From the human T2T-CHM13v2.0 reference genome, Homo sapiens: 64,000 nt of DNA. Shown in pieces: positions 43,732-59,939 of this stretch. The stretch lies in assembly GCF_009914755.1 (NCBI RefSeq), contig NC_060930.1; one strand, written 5' to 3'. Numbering within the stretch: the first letter of the stretch is position 1; every line of letters begins with the position of its first letter. A program made the position numbers and the translations under genes. The notes beneath the pieces were generated by a model. The model did no database searches, was not told the DNA's origin, and was given only the letters and a program-made list of their open reading frames with translations.

Positions 43732-44889
43732 TAAGTCTGTTCATTTAGACTTCTACCCATTCCCATGCAGAAAGGACCAGTTCAGCAACAGCAGGGATGC
43801 TGGCAGGTAGGTTTTAGAAACTCTTAATCACAGGGCTAATGTGTTGATCCAGCTTAAATGTATAGCTAATGATTCATTCCACTTTTCATTTTATAACAAG
43901 GGTTTTTTTGCATGCAGATTTTATCATGACGCTTGCTTTCTCTCTTCTCTTGTATCAAGCATCTTTTCATCTTCAGCTCTGTCCCACCCCACTGCTGAAT
44001 TTTTTAAAAAAGAAAAAAGAAACCCAGCCAACTAGCTCAGAGGCCTATGTATTTTGCTCTGAACTTCACACTGACGATATTATACACAGTCATGGCAGTG
44101 ACTGTATTATACACGGTCATGGAAGTTATGGAGAATTGGAATCTAATGAAAAGAGATAAGAGAGGAGCAGAGAGATAAAGGAACCCTTGAAAATCAGCCC
44201 CAATATCTCACCCAGATATGGGTGGCCTCAGAGCTTATTGATATAGACTGTGTCTCTCACCAAAGGGCATGCCATTTGCTTGCCATCATTTCTTTAAAAC
44301 TATTAGTCACTCTCACACCGATTTACCTTTAAACAAGGACATTCTATAACCAGGGATCCACCTCTGTGGCTTAGTCATCGGATCAGCCTCAAGGTCACCG
44401 ACTAGAGTAACCTGATGACAATTACCTCATTCACCCACTATAGAACAGTTCTATCACCGATCAATACAGGACACCTCTGCACAACATCAACAAAGCCTTC
44501 TCAAGGGGGCACCCTGCATGCATCAGAAACAAATTACACCCTTAGAGGCAGATGACACACCGAAGGCAGAAAGATCCTCTCTGCAAAGCAAAGCCTTTGT
44601 TTAAGTCTGAGAGGAGTGCCAATCCAACCTCAAAAAAAGGAGAAAAGGAGAGGAAAGAGGATCCATGCCACAGAAACAGAGTACTGTTCGGAACTCTTTT
44701 CTTGACATGATGTTTCCCTTGCCTTTCCGCTCGAACACGGGATGCATCTTCTGGGGAAGAGAAAACTGGAAGTGCAATGACAGGGGACTGCAATGCTGAG
44801 AATCAAGAAACAGAATTTCACAGTGCATTGGTGAAATCACCAATAATAAACATTATAGAGTGCTTACTCTGTGTCAGTCTCTTAATTAT

Positions 44890-45188
<299 letters not shown>

Positions 45189-47355
45189 TGATTCAGCTCT
45201 CCCAACAGCCCAGTGAGATGAGTTCTATTATTATTCCCATTGTACAGATTGGAGTACTGAGGCACAAGAGGGTAGGTAAAGTGCCTGAAGTCACACTGAT
45301 AAATGGCTGCAGTTGGGATTCAAAGCCAAGGAGTTAGGCTCTAGAGTCACTATATTAAACTGCCTGGTTAAGAACAGCAATATTACATAATGTTAGGTTT
45401 GTGTTGTGTTTTACAGTTTACAAAATATTTGCACATGCTTTTTCCCTCTGCTTGGAATGGCTGTCTCATGTATTTACTTATGAGTTCCTCTCCCAACAGA
45501 GCCTTCTACTGAAAGGTGTTCAATACCGTGTTCATAGAGTGAAGGTATGAATAACTGACTCTAATTAATCCTTAAATTGCTGTGGGAGACAGGCTGAGAA
45601 TATATGACTAAACTTGTTTTGAAATAAGGAAAATGAGGTTTGGGAAAATCAAATGACTTGTCTAAGGTCATATTGCTTTGAATATGAGCTCATCGTAACT
45701 AAACCAGTGGTTTAAAAAAAATTTTTTTTAACCACAGGACCTTTCTAAGAAAACTATTTTACATAGCCTCAGAATATCACAGAGCTGAAGGAGAAGCTGC
45801 CCCGCTGCCCCGGTCAATAGAGGCTGAGGGCAGCCCACAGCCTCAAAGTTTATGGGGAGCCTCTGGGGCTTTGCAGAATGCAGGCTGGGGACTCACTACT
45901 GCACCACGCAACACTACTAGGACACCTGACCCAGCCCTGAAACTTTGAGAGAGGGTGACCAACCACACCTTCAAGTCTCACCCATTTACGACTCTGACCC
46001 ATGGGGGAAGGCAGAGGATTAAGATTCTTTCTCCTTCCACCCCAGCAGAGGGACCTGTTCTTAGCTTCCCAGCTTGAGCGTCTCTTTCTGTTTCTTTCTT
46101 TGGAGCTCTTCTGTATTTGTTCCTTTTTCAGTCCCGAGGGCTGATCACTGGAAACAGGGCAACCTCTGGTGACCTGGTTTTTCATCACCAGCCAGGGCAG
46201 AAGAAGTCAAAGTGTGCTCAAGGGCTTTGCACGCTGCTCCCTAGAACTGGACGCCTTTGAGAAATCTGGGATTCTTCCAGGCGGCAGACTTCATTCCACA
46301 GTGGTGGAAAAGCTGGCCAGGGAGAGAGAGCAATTTTGCAAGGCACAGTGCCGCACTTGGACCTGTATCCTGACACCGCCAAATCAGAGGAGGCAGAAAG
46401 CCCTGAGTGTTACAGAACGTCTGAGCTAGAGGAGGCCTCTAAGAGCTTTCAGTCCAGTCTCCTCATTTAATGAACACGGAAATTGTATCCTGCTAACGTA
46501 AAGTGACTTGGTCAAAGCTACGCAGTGGCACAACTAAAACTCAGGATTTCTGACATCTTGCCCCTGAGCACCCAAAACTCAAAGGACAGAAAGTACAATG
46601 TGAACTACAGAAGTAACCAAAGGACTTTCTGGTGATGTCAAATGATGCAAGACAGCAAAATGCTCAAGTTGGGAATAAATTGATAGGTGTATCTATTAAA
46701 ACCATCTCTTAAGGCCTTCTGGGGGAAAACGCCACCACCAAGAATTACTTGAAGGCTTGTCAAGTGCTTTAAGGCGCTATAAGGCAAGATGCAACACTGA
46801 GAGACATTAAAAAAAGATAACCTTTTCCCCACTGCCTGAGTTGCTCTTGAGTGCCTAGTGGGTGAACAGAGGAGGGAGAAGCGCCCAGGCTTCCAATGGG
46901 TTCTCTGCACAGCCACACGGTCATTAGCATCCACAATCTGCATTCACTCCAGATGAGATTTCATCACCGCATCCTATTTATTCATTCCTTAATATAAATC
47001 TAAATTGCGCTCTTCAAATAGCAGAGAGCACTATGCTTCAGTAAGGGGAAAGAGAAACGATCACATTAAGAGACGTGCTGCTGCATTTTCATCTTCTCCC
47101 TCCTATGTTACTTTGGTCTTGACAGCCTTAATTCACACAGTGCTCCCGGAGCCCTTCCCTGGCTCGTCCCAAGGATCAGCAAACACACGGCTATCTTAGT
47201 TTTTCACACTGGGGCTCTCTCTAGAGGGAAAGTATGTAGCTTTCCACATTCCCAACTACTTGGGAGCCCAAGGTGTTTGCAGCAGCCAAATACAACTAAC
47301 GAGTAGGAAAAAGACACTAAGAAATGCCACAATTGTGTCTGACACATTCAAAAGA

Positions 47356-47703
47356 CAGTTGTCCTCCCATCCATGGAGGATCTGTTCCAAGACCCCAGTG
47401 GACGCCTAAAACCATGAATAGTACCTTTATGTATATCTACTATGTTTTTTCCTATACATATACACCCATGATAGAGTTTAATTTATAAATAAGTCACAGT
47501 AAGAGATTAACAACAAAAACTAATAATAAAATAGAACAATCATAACATTATACTGTACTAAAAGTTATGTGAATGTGGTGTCTCTCTCTCTCTCTCAAAA
47601 TATCTTATTGCATGGCACTCACCTGTTTTTGTACCACGCTTGACTGTGGGTAATTGAAACAGCAGAAAATGACACCGAAGATGGGGGGTGGGGGGAACTA
47701 CTG
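47356..47703. mobile_element. MER44 (TcMar-Tigger MITE)
   Basis: cagttgtcc..gggggaactactg termini; internal aaagttatgtgaatgtgg. Confidence 0.8.
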
Positions 47704-48308
47704 TATCAACCTGGATAAGTTCACAGGGAACGGAACACATTCTTTCCAGAAGGTGATGCATAAAATCACAGCATGTCCACAAATGGCCTTTGGGAATGAT
47801 GGGACATTTGAGTTTACAAAATGCGAGACAAGCAAAGCCCAGGGAGCTGAGCTCTGGCCTGGGTCCCGCTCATTCCTTCCCACCGTCCCGCAGCCACCAC
47901 CACCTCTCATTCTGTGCGGGAGGGGACATGTGGCCCTAGCACCACCACTTTCCTTATAAAAAGTAATTTATGGTTCCCTTTCCCATGACAGGAAAACTGA
48001 TAGAAGTTTACAGGCAAAAGTATTATTTCTAATTCTTTTCATTTGGGGATAAGACAAGTCTTTTCCCCCTCTGTGTGTATTTTTAAAATAGTAAAAATTT
48101 TAAATGAACATCCTTTATCGGCTTGCACATATGCTAAAGGCAGGGCACATAAGACTCTTACAGGAAAGTATGCCAAGAGAAAAAAGAATGATCAATTACA
48201 TGTGAATTGAACTCCTAAATATGCCTTAAACCAGGGGATACGTGACCAATTTTATTCAGTAATTCTGTTTGCATGTGTTCTAACCACTACCATTTCAGCT
48301 ATTTTCCT

Positions 48309-48342
48309 AAAAAAAAAAAAAAAAAAAAAGAGAGAGAGAGAG
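48309..48342. repeat. poly(A)-(GA)n tract
   Basis: Long A run followed by gagagagagagag. Confidence 0.9.
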
Positions 48343-48689
48343 TTTAAGCATGCCTAGGGCTCAGAGGAATTTAGATGTTTTCAAGCATTACTACTTGATG
48401 CTTTTAGAGCTTCATGCTTGAGTTAAAGGCGAGCACTTAAAAATTAACTCTAACCTCTGGGTTTAGGGCTAGAAGCCAATGACTTCCCATAGGGTCACTA
48501 AAGATGCTATTTGTTGGCTAGATTTGTCCTGGGAGTACTCAAGGGTCTCGCAACAAAAGTAACAGGGTTGTCACTTCGAACCTAAAGACTCGATTGCAGC
48601 ATGGGAAAACATAACAAAATATAATAATGTTATCAAGAATCCTTTTTTACTATCAAGTCTGAAGTACTGGAGATGATGAGAGGAACATC

Positions 48690-48840
48690 AGGGTATTGGA
48701 CCATGAAGAGAAAATTCCAGTCCTGGGTGTGCCATCCTGAGCAAGTCATAGCTCTCCTCTGCACCTCAGTTTCCTAATCAGTAAAACAAGGGAGTTGGTG
48801 AATTTCTCAAGTCCCTCGCATGCTCCAGGTCTCCGATTCC
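48690..48840 (+). mobile_element. MIR (MIR3/MIRc-like)
   Basis: gagcaagtcat..ctcagtttcctaatcagtaaaa..ggagttgg..tctcaagtccct. Confidence 0.65.
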
Positions 48841-49082
48841 ACGCTCCTCGTCTTTCTCTTTGCCAGCAGGGACTGAGTGTGTGACGAAGGTTGTGCCTTT
48901 GACCTCAGAGGAATGTGACAACGGCCTTCCTTGCATTGTTCCCACAGTAACCAGAGCCAGCTGTCCAGGCCGGCTGGCCAAGTTGTGGCGCAGGATCACA
49001 CACAAGTTGGGGCTCTGCTTGGGGGACTCCGCCTCAAGGCCTCCCCCTTCCTCTAGGTCTTTATCCGCAGGTCGGGACCCTC
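48778..49082 (-). CDS. Candidate coding alternative last exon (phase 1; GSRPADKDLEE...NSPTPLFY*) of an unidentified host gene
   Basis: Acceptor ctcattcttgtgttcttag|GA, 100 open codons, CpG retention, AATAAA at 48256-48251 on the minus strand. Confidence 0.45.
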
Positions 49083-52000
49083 CTAAGAACACAAGAATGA
49101 GCCTGCAATCCTTCCTAAATAACTTTTGGGGGCTTAAAATCCTGGGTGTAGCTACAATCATGTGAAACTCCCCCTAATGACAGCTAGAGGATTTGGGTGT
49201 GTATTCAATTCTCTGAGTCTATGACCCTACATCTGGGATGCTGTGGGGTGCTTGCAACCTATAGACAGCAGGTGTTTTCCAGGCGCGTTGGCGTGTTATG
49301 GCACTGGGATTCAAGTGAGGATGAACATCTAAGATGAGAGCTGGAGTGAGCCACGATTTGTAACCATGCAGATGTGAGCAGCAGCGACCATGCAGGCTTT
49401 CCTCCTTGCCTGCAGCTTGCATCTGAGATCCTAATAAGGGAGGATCACTGGAAAGTATTACCATTATTTTTAGCTTTTCTAAGGGAGGGAGGAGTTTTCG
49501 AAAGGACAAAATGGAAAGGAATTTAGGGCAAGGGTGTGTGTAGGTGGGGAGGTGGTGTGGAAGGAGGCGAGAAGATGAGTAGAAATAAGACTTTCAGGAC
49601 AGATAAGCAGCTTCCTTCTCCTTCCTTAATAGATGATCACAGCCAGGCTTCCAGGGTTATAAAACAACACCAAGGTCTTCAGGTCCAGGTATGTAGAGAC
49701 AAAGGAGTCTTCGCAAGGAAACCATTTTTCTAAGAGCATGGCAAATACGCATTCCATGTTGTGGGATTTTTTTTCAACTTCCTTTCTTGAAACATAGCTG
49801 ATGAGGCCACTAATAGAAGCTTCTTGGAAAAGAGTTTCATAATTCACGTTTGATTTGAAGGCAGCTTTAACTTTCTTATTACCCCCCAAAATGTCCTCTT
49901 TGGTCTTACAGCGATCATGAATGTTCCAGATTAATAGGAGATGAATGAATTCTCCTTAAATGACCTTAATATGTTCAAGTAGCAAAGTGGAGGTTTGAGT
50001 CCAGTGACTTCTGGGGAGACAGTTGTATGGGCTAAGAACACATAACATTTTGAGGAAGGATTTCTTGTCTTTTTTTTTTTTGGCAATAGAAAGTAAAAAG
50101 TTTCCTGAGCTGAAAAGGCCACAGCATGTATTCTTCAATTCAGGGTCCTGGTAATCACTGGAACCACAAGTTCAAATGCCATCTAGACCATAAGGACTCT
50201 TATAAAACACAAACCACTTCATCATCAACAAACCTATTTGCCTACTAGAACTTTTAAAGCAAGGCTGCAAACTATTCAAGTAAACAACCTTGTGGGGTGG
50301 TTGACATGGACCGAGAGCTAACAAGAGAACACTGGAATTAGCTTCTCAGTTTCAAAATAGGACCTAAAGGAGTTTGCGCTATAGGAGAAGAGTTGCTGCA
50401 TTTTGTTTAATGGAACTAAATTTGTGCCCATTTAAATCATGAGCAGGTGGCACTTGGTAGCAAAGAAAGCCTGAAAATATTCACATTTAGTGAATGCAGT
50501 TGTATGTATAATTAGCTGAGATTTATTTTAAAGTACTCTAATCTTTTGTACTCTTTTCTACAATTCAAACTGGTGAGAAATAGAGAGCAGCTTTTGAATT
50601 TATTATGAAAGCACAGCTATCGTATTAGCTGTTAAGAAATAAAAAATGGGGAGGGTGTCGGAAAAGTCTCTAATAATATGTACATTAGGAACAGACCAAA
50701 GCAAAGGGCTTTCTTTCCTTCAGAGTAGTGAGTCTGCTGCTGTTCCTGAGAAATGAGTGAGCTGCACAGGACCAGCCAGTAGGAGGGCGATGGGAAGAAT
50801 CAAGGTGTGCATTTTAGAAGCAGAAGGTTTTTTCATGGAAAATTCCAAACATGTACCAAAGACTCACAATAGAACACCAAATATCCATTACTCAGCATCA
50901 ACAGTGACAAACCATGGCTGATTGTGTCTTCAAGCAAATCCCAGAACTGTAATTTCATCCCTAAGTATTTCATTAGGAACCATAGAATTTTTTAAGCTCC
51001 CTCATTTTCCTGAGGTCCTCAAAAGTCAAATGACCCAGGGCCATCATGTCCAACTGTGATGAGGCAGGGCTGGAGCCCAGTCTTGTCACCTGGGGCCAGG
51101 TGTGCTCTCCTTCAAGCCCCACCCCCAACTCCCATCTCTCTTGTACTTACCACTCCCTTCAGACGTTTTTAACTGGACCCTGAGCCATAAAATTAACACA
51201 GAAAATGAGCATGACATTGGCTAGAAATCAGAAAATCCTGAATTTTAATCTCAGCTTTGCCATTTTTCTGAGCCTTAATTGTCCCAACTATAAGTAGAGA
51301 TATGAAATTGCTACTACAAGATATAATTACTTCTGACATACTTATAAAAAGGGTTGACTTTCAACTTGTAACAGTTATGTTTAAGGTATTTTCATGGAGT
51401 TTCGTAAAAGCTGTTAGAAGCCATAAAGCTTAGACTATGAGATGACTTCCGTGAGGTGAGATCTCCTATGTTAATGAGTGGTGGGGAGGCATACATAGTT
51501 ATTATGTAACTGTACCCTGAGAGTATTGCCACGACAAGTTTATTTATTTTTCACATAAAAATTAGAACCAACTATTTCAACATGCTGAAATGGAAGTTTC
51601 TATGAAAAACAAATGTTTCATATAATATAAATCAACATTTCCCAAGGAGGAAAAAGGCAGGCCCTCCCCTTGGGGAAGTTCTAGCATCTTTCAGAGAAAG
51701 AACAGGCAAGCCCAAGGAAAGTGGGAAAAGGGAAAAGAAACATTCCCTCTCTTTGTTGTGGACTTGCCAAATCCCTGACCGAAGTGGACTTACAACAGAA
51801 CTGCAAATATTCTCACGAAAGTGTCCAAGCCTGGAAAAATAAGAAGCAAATAAAAGGTTTTGCCTAACAGACGGAAATATACTGTTCAATTGCACTCCTT
51901 TTCCTTCCAAATGCACATAAAGATACAGTATTTGGGGAGGTGATGGCAATGAGACAATTAGAATGTTTCAGAAATCCCATTCTAAACCAACCCCAAACCC

Positions 52001-52171
52001 TGAGATTTGGCTTTCAATGCACCTGCTTTCAAAAGTCAAACCAGAGGAAATCTTGTCATTTTTAACATCCACCGCCAGCAAATGCCTACCATGTGGAGTC
52101 TCACCACAAGACCCAAGCTGTGCACCAGGCGTCAGAGAGAAGCGGTGGTGTGTGTGGATGGTCTACCTGCC

Positions 52172-52613
52172 TGTGTTAGTTTCCTGGGGTTGCAATAACA
52201 CAGTACCACAGACTGGGGGGCTTCAACAATAGAAATGCATTGTCTTACAGTCCTGGAGGCTAGAAATCCGAGATCAAGGTGTCTGCAGGGCTGGTTCCTT
52301 CCAGGAGGTGCAAAGGAGAATCTGTTCCATGCCCCTCTCCCAGCTTCTGGTGGCTTTCCGGATATCTTTGGTGTTTCTTGGCTTTGGGCAGCATAACTCC
52401 AGTCTTTACACGGTAATAGCCTCAGAGGGAGGCTATCTCTGAGCCCAAGTTTCCCCTTTTTACAAGGAGATGAGTCATATCAGATTAGAGCCCACTCTAA
52501 TAACCTCATCTGAACTTGGTCATATGCAAAATCTCCTTCCAAATAAAGCCATTGTTCATGGACACTGGGAGGTTTAGCCTGTCAACATTTTGGTGGGGGA
52601 CACAGTTTAACAC
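52172..52613 (-). mobile_element. MLT1B/C MaLR solo LTR
   Basis: tgtgttagtttcctgggg..taacacagtaccacagactggg..atcaaggtgtc..ggggggacacagtttaac. Confidence 0.88.
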
Positions 52614-52636
52614 AGATACCTCCTCATCCTCACCTA

Positions 52637-54164
<1,528 letters not shown>

Positions 54165-54291
54165 TAAAAAGCCATAAGTGAGGGAAGCGGAACCAGCTCC
54201 CATATAGGTGTCTGTTGTCCCACAGAGGATACCACCGATGCCCCAGGTTGTCCACTACTGCTTAAAGGGCACATTCAAGAATAGGCATGCT

Positions 54292-54593
54292 GGCCAGGTG
54301 CAGCGGCTTACGCCTGTAATCCCAGCACTTTGGGAGGCAGAGATGGGCGGATCACCTGAGGCTGGGAGTTCGAGACCAGCCTGACCAACATGGTGAAACC
54401 CCGTCTCTACTAAAAATGCAAAATTAGCAGGGCATGGAGGTGCATGCCCGTAATCCCAGCTACTCAGGAGGCTCAGGCAGTAGAATAACTTGAACTCAGG
54501 AGCAAAGATTGTGGTGAGCCGAGATCGCACCATTGCACTCCAGCCTGGGCAACAAGAGCGAAACTCTGTCTCAAAAAAAAAAAAAAAAAAAAA
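54292..54593 (+). mobile_element. AluSp/Sq-like
   Basis: Full dimer; TSD a(a/g)gaataggcatgc. Confidence 0.95.
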
Positions 54594-54606
54594 GGAATAG
54601 GCATGC

Positions 54607-54850
54607 CATTCTCACTCATAAGTGGGAGTTGAAAAATGAGAACACATGGACACAGGAAGGGGAACAACACACACCGGGGTCTGTTGGGGACTGGGGTGGG
54701 GAGGGGAGGGAACCTAGATGACAGGTTAATAGGTGCAGCAAACCACCAGAACACATGTATACCTATGCAACAGACCTGCATGTTCTACATATGTACCCCA
54801 GAACTTAAAGTAAAATAAATAAATAAAATACAAAAAAAAAAAAAAAAAAA
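54607..54850 (+). mobile_element. L1PA7/8-like 3' end
   Basis: ttctcactcataagtgggagttg..gaacttaaagtaaaat..poly(A); same TSD as the adjacent Alu. Confidence 0.92.
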
Positions 54851-55179
54851 GAATAGGCATGCAATGCTTATGGACACACCCTAGCAAGTGGTCACTGGTT
54901 TTACATGGATACCAAGGCTTCCCTCTTGCCTTCCCTCCTGCACCCTCTCAGCTCTGGCAATGTGGCTATCACACAATCTGCATGTCAACATGGCCTCTTC
55001 CAACCACATGCTCCTGTCAACTTTCCATCCTCTTCTGCATATTCAGCCCACACTTGTTCCTTCTTCTTTCATCCCTTGTATATTTGGGACAATCTGAGAG
55101 GGTATCCTAGAAAAGGGAATCCAAATACATTTTGATCTATTTCTACAGTAGGCATAATTATTAGGCCATAAGTGAGACC

Positions 55180-55700
55180 ATGATGGTTACTGTTGACTAT
55201 GCTCTTCTGTAGTTTTAAAAGTGCCTTTCATGCATAATAGTTGCAGAATATAATTACTTAACAACCCTAATAAATAGTAACATAATTATTCCCAATTTAT
55301 AGAAAAGAAACTGAAGCTCAAAAAGGTTAGGTAAGTCAGCCATGGACACACAGCTAATAAACCACAGAGCCAAAATACTCATCTCTTCGAATGTCAAGTT
55401 CTATACATTTTTTGCAACATATAGTATGACACAGTCTGTATTAGATTATCAAAAAGGATTAAGTTTTTTTCTTGACTATAAGCAATATGGTAGCAATAAT
55501 ATCACCTCATGTTTGTATTCCATATTTGAAAACATTTTCCAAAATGTTTTAACTTCAGGTCTTATTTTTCCTTATAAAAATCATGAGTTACTCCTAGCCC
55601 CATTTTACAGATGATAAATTAAGGCAGAGGTTATGCAACTTGCCTAAATAAACTAATGAGTTGACAGTGGACCTGAAGTTAGAATCACTGCATCCTAATT
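55180..55700 (-). mobile_element. Two MIR fragments
   Basis: cccaatttataga..actgaagctc and cccattttacagatgata..caacttgcc. Confidence 0.65.
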
Positions 55701-58019
55701 CAAAAACTAGTATGGCTTTTCAGAGGGGATAATTCAACCTAACATCCTTGGAGACATAACACTGGAGATAAAATAACATAAATGAAGAATAAAAAGAAAA
55801 ATCTTGGATAAGTTCCTACATATTTTACTGCAGGAAGAAGCCACATGTATTTCTGTGATGGGTTTGCAGAACGGATCCCAGCGCTGTGAAGGAGGCCAGT
55901 CTAGACGGGCTCCCATATCCCTTAGAACACATAAAGGAAGCTATTCTAGGCAAGTCATACAAGACTTGTGATTGGTGAAAACAGAGAATATATTTTCTAA
56001 TTCATGACAGGCCCCAACATTCCCTTTGGTCTTTCACGATCTGAATTCATGAAAGAAAGATTCCAGAAGGAAGTGGAATCTGAGCTAATGCTAAAGAAAT
56101 AAAACAGCTTGAGAAAAAGTGGGAAGAAACGTGTGCTAATATGTTCAAGAGACCATTGCGGTTGGAGGTGTATGTGTGTGGGGAGACAGAAGTGGGAGAG
56201 GAGGAAAGAAGAGGTTACATGGTGGAGGGTGTCAAAGGTCTTGCTGAGTAATTTGAGTTGATTCTGTAAAATCTGAGGGACTTCTGAAGATTTCCGAGCA
56301 GGGGAATGCTTTCATTAGATGTGTACTATGTCTACTGCTTCTAAGTGAGTGACTCTGAAATCCACAAGTCGAGCCCTGACCTCTCTTTCCAAGATGCAGA
56401 TCTGTTTTTCTGAATGCCTGCTGCACGTCTCTACACAGCTATCCTGCTGTGGCGCTTCCAGCTGGGCATGTTAGATCTCTACAGTCCCTAATGGTCTGTG
56501 ATTCTAGCAGAAGTTACGGGTCTGAAAATTTGACATTTCCCTTGAAAACACTGAAAATAAGGAAAAGAAAAGTCATATTCAAGAGGAAGAGCAAAAAGAG
56601 GAGCGTCTTTAAATCGAAAAATCAAGTCTATGTTAGTCATTTCTCTCTGGCTGTGCTCGGGCTGTGAAACTGCAAGATGCACCTGTGTGCGTATAGGATG
56701 GTGGACGTGTGCATAGGTGGATATGTGTCGTGGGAGGACACAGGAGGTACTGCTAAGGCACTCTCCAAGGACACATGCTCTCAATGACAACCCAGAATGG
56801 TTTTCTTGCCACTCAAAGATGCTACTCACACGTGGAGAGGCTGGCTCTAGAAACAATTAAAGTCCAGAATAAGGATCCTAAATTGCTCAATATTTTAAAC
56901 ATTCTATGCCACTGTACCCCAACTCACACTTGTCTTTCTAACCAGCTCACTCTATGTCTAATGAGCAAGTCATCCCTAAATCCTTATGAAGCCATGTAGT
57001 GGGGAGTGTCCCCCATAAAGACAGGTGAAGAACTCCAAGATACTCCTTTAACAGGAGTAAAGGTATTTTTCTATTAAAATGTCCTTCTGCTGCTTCAAAA
57101 GAAAAAATATTGTGCACAACGTTACGTTAGCAGAGAGAAGACGAAGCAGCACCTTCATTCACACAGTGTGTTTTGAATAAGGTGTAATTTATCAGGTAGA
57201 GAAATTTCTCTTCTCTTTTCTGGACATAGCTTCCAACAGCAAAAATTAGAAGTGTAGGTGGGTTGCCACTCCACTCACTAAATTTATAAAAGATACTCAA
57301 AGATACTCACACTTTTCACAAGTCTACCCCCATCTGCCCACATCCAGCATCTATCTTCGCTGTGACAGAAATAATTACTATCCGCTGTACAGCCTTGACT
57401 GGCGGAGCTGGCCAGAACATTGCCTTACGGGGGTGTATCACCTTGAAGTCTGTTTACCTGCTGGTCCATGTCAATGATGTTCAGCTGCACTCTGCGCTTC
57501 CACATCTGTTTAACTTCCACTCACACTCATACTAAATTCTACTCCAGAGCAACGTGGCTGGGCCTCTTCTGTCTAAGGATGTGGCTGCTCCACGTATTTC
57601 CGATGACAGAATAGCAAATCATTAAAACGCCAGAGAACCAAAGGGCTTCGACTTCAGGAGACCTCCTTGTGGGCAATCGCACAGATACCATGACTTTCCA
57701 ATCTTTTCGGAGGTGTTGTTCAAATTCCGCTTTCGTTCAGGCTATGCGCCTCTAGGAGGTGGCCTCTCTACGTGGCTACCCTGCCATGGCCCTTCCAGCT
57801 GGCCATTGGCAGCGCCAGGACACAGCATAAAGAAAACTGTGGTTTGGGTCTTATAAGATCACTGACAGCCAAGCATACATTCCAAATACTGTATGACTCA
57901 AAGGCTATCTCGAACACTTATTACAAATGTGTAATACTCCATTTTTCCTTCTAGATTAAAGACTATCCCTTTCATGGCGTTATTTCACCCCAAACCTCTC
58001 TAAGGTAGATCTTGCTCCT

Positions 58020-58320
58020 GTCCGGGTTCAGGAAACTCTTGACCCTCATGGAAGTCCTGCATGGCCTTCCAAGTGAGGGTCAGTTGTCACTCCAGGATGC
58101 TTCCACCATACTTTGTATTTCCGTCTCACAGTACCTTTCTCAGTGCACGGTAATTGACTAGATATGTTCTATCCACTCTCCTATAATAACTATAATGTAG
58201 TGCCATGTGGGTAGGGGCCATTTTTATCTTGTCTACCTTAGTATCTTCAGAACTTAGCACTCTGCTTGGTACATGGCAGACTCTCAAAAATATCAGTTGA
58301 CAGACTGATTGAAAATAGAA
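58020..58320 (+). mobile_element. L2 3' fragment
   Basis: acttagcactctgcttggtacatggcagactctcaaaaatatcagttga. Confidence 0.6.
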
Positions 58321-59131
58321 TCCGTGGTTCTGAATAATGGCTATTTACTCACCCCAGTCCAGCATGCATACCACTGTCTGTTACCGCATGGGCCCTCACC
58401 ATGGCCCTCAACAGCCCATGGCCACAGCTATTGCCTGGGACTGACCATCCCTACTAGGAATGTGTCACGCCCCTAAATGAGACTGTGAGTTTTCTCTGCT
58501 TAAAGACAATCAGAAACCAAAAGCTATTATAGCTTTCTCCTTCCAGAGATCCAAGGGGCCTCAAAAAATCTTAAAATAGGGAAAGCTTTGAAAGGCAGTA
58601 TAGGCAAAGCCTAAAGCATTTAGGGGTGGGAACAGTTATCCCTTTGTACATAAACATCTTTGAAGGACAGGGCAGCACTGTGAGTCTCCATTTTCATGGA
58701 GTGCTAGGCTAGCATATTTTAAAGAAGAAGATATCTTTTATGACACAGATACTTGCACCATAAATTGTAAGTAGATTAGGATATGTCTATGCCACAACAC
58801 ACAATCGTTTAAGATGATGTAATCGAGGGACAAAAATAATTTGGGGGCTAAAATGATCAACTCCACACAAGAATAATCTACTAATGGTATAACAAGTGAT
58901 TCATGGAAAAGATGATCCTGGCAAAACAATAACTTTTGTTCAAGGCCATCAAGAGGTTTTCCCTAAAAATCTACTATGCGTTTAGCCCTGTGCTAAGATT
59001 TGTGGAAAATATGGAAGAAATCATTACCCTGGGCCAGAGCTCATTTCCTCCCCAATCTCTAAACCCACCCGAGAGACATTACTGTCACATTTCCAAAATG
59101 CAAATGAAATGCTGTCCCTCATGTCTACAGC

Positions 59132-59566
<435 letters not shown>

Positions 59567-59939
59567 ATGTCTACAGCCTTTAACGACTCTCCATCATCGT
59601 GACTATAGTCTGAACAGGATACACGAGTCCCCACTCAATCCCACGCTGGCTCATCTGTCCTGTCTCAATGAGTGAAACTCCCCATCTCATACCCTGGGAC
59701 TGAGCCATGCTCTACTACAGTTCCCTGGGTTTCAAAGATTCCTCCACACCCATGCCTTTGAAAATGCTGCCCTTCTATGCTTAGAAGCACTTCCCAAGAA
59801 CATGCTTCCTGTTTATTGTACATAATCCATCTCAACCATCATCTCGGAGGTCTTTCCTACAAACACTCCTTCATCCTTGGTCCTGATGTGATACTCTTTC
59901 CATCCCTTGCTTCCTGTGCTCCACTTACAAACACTGCCT

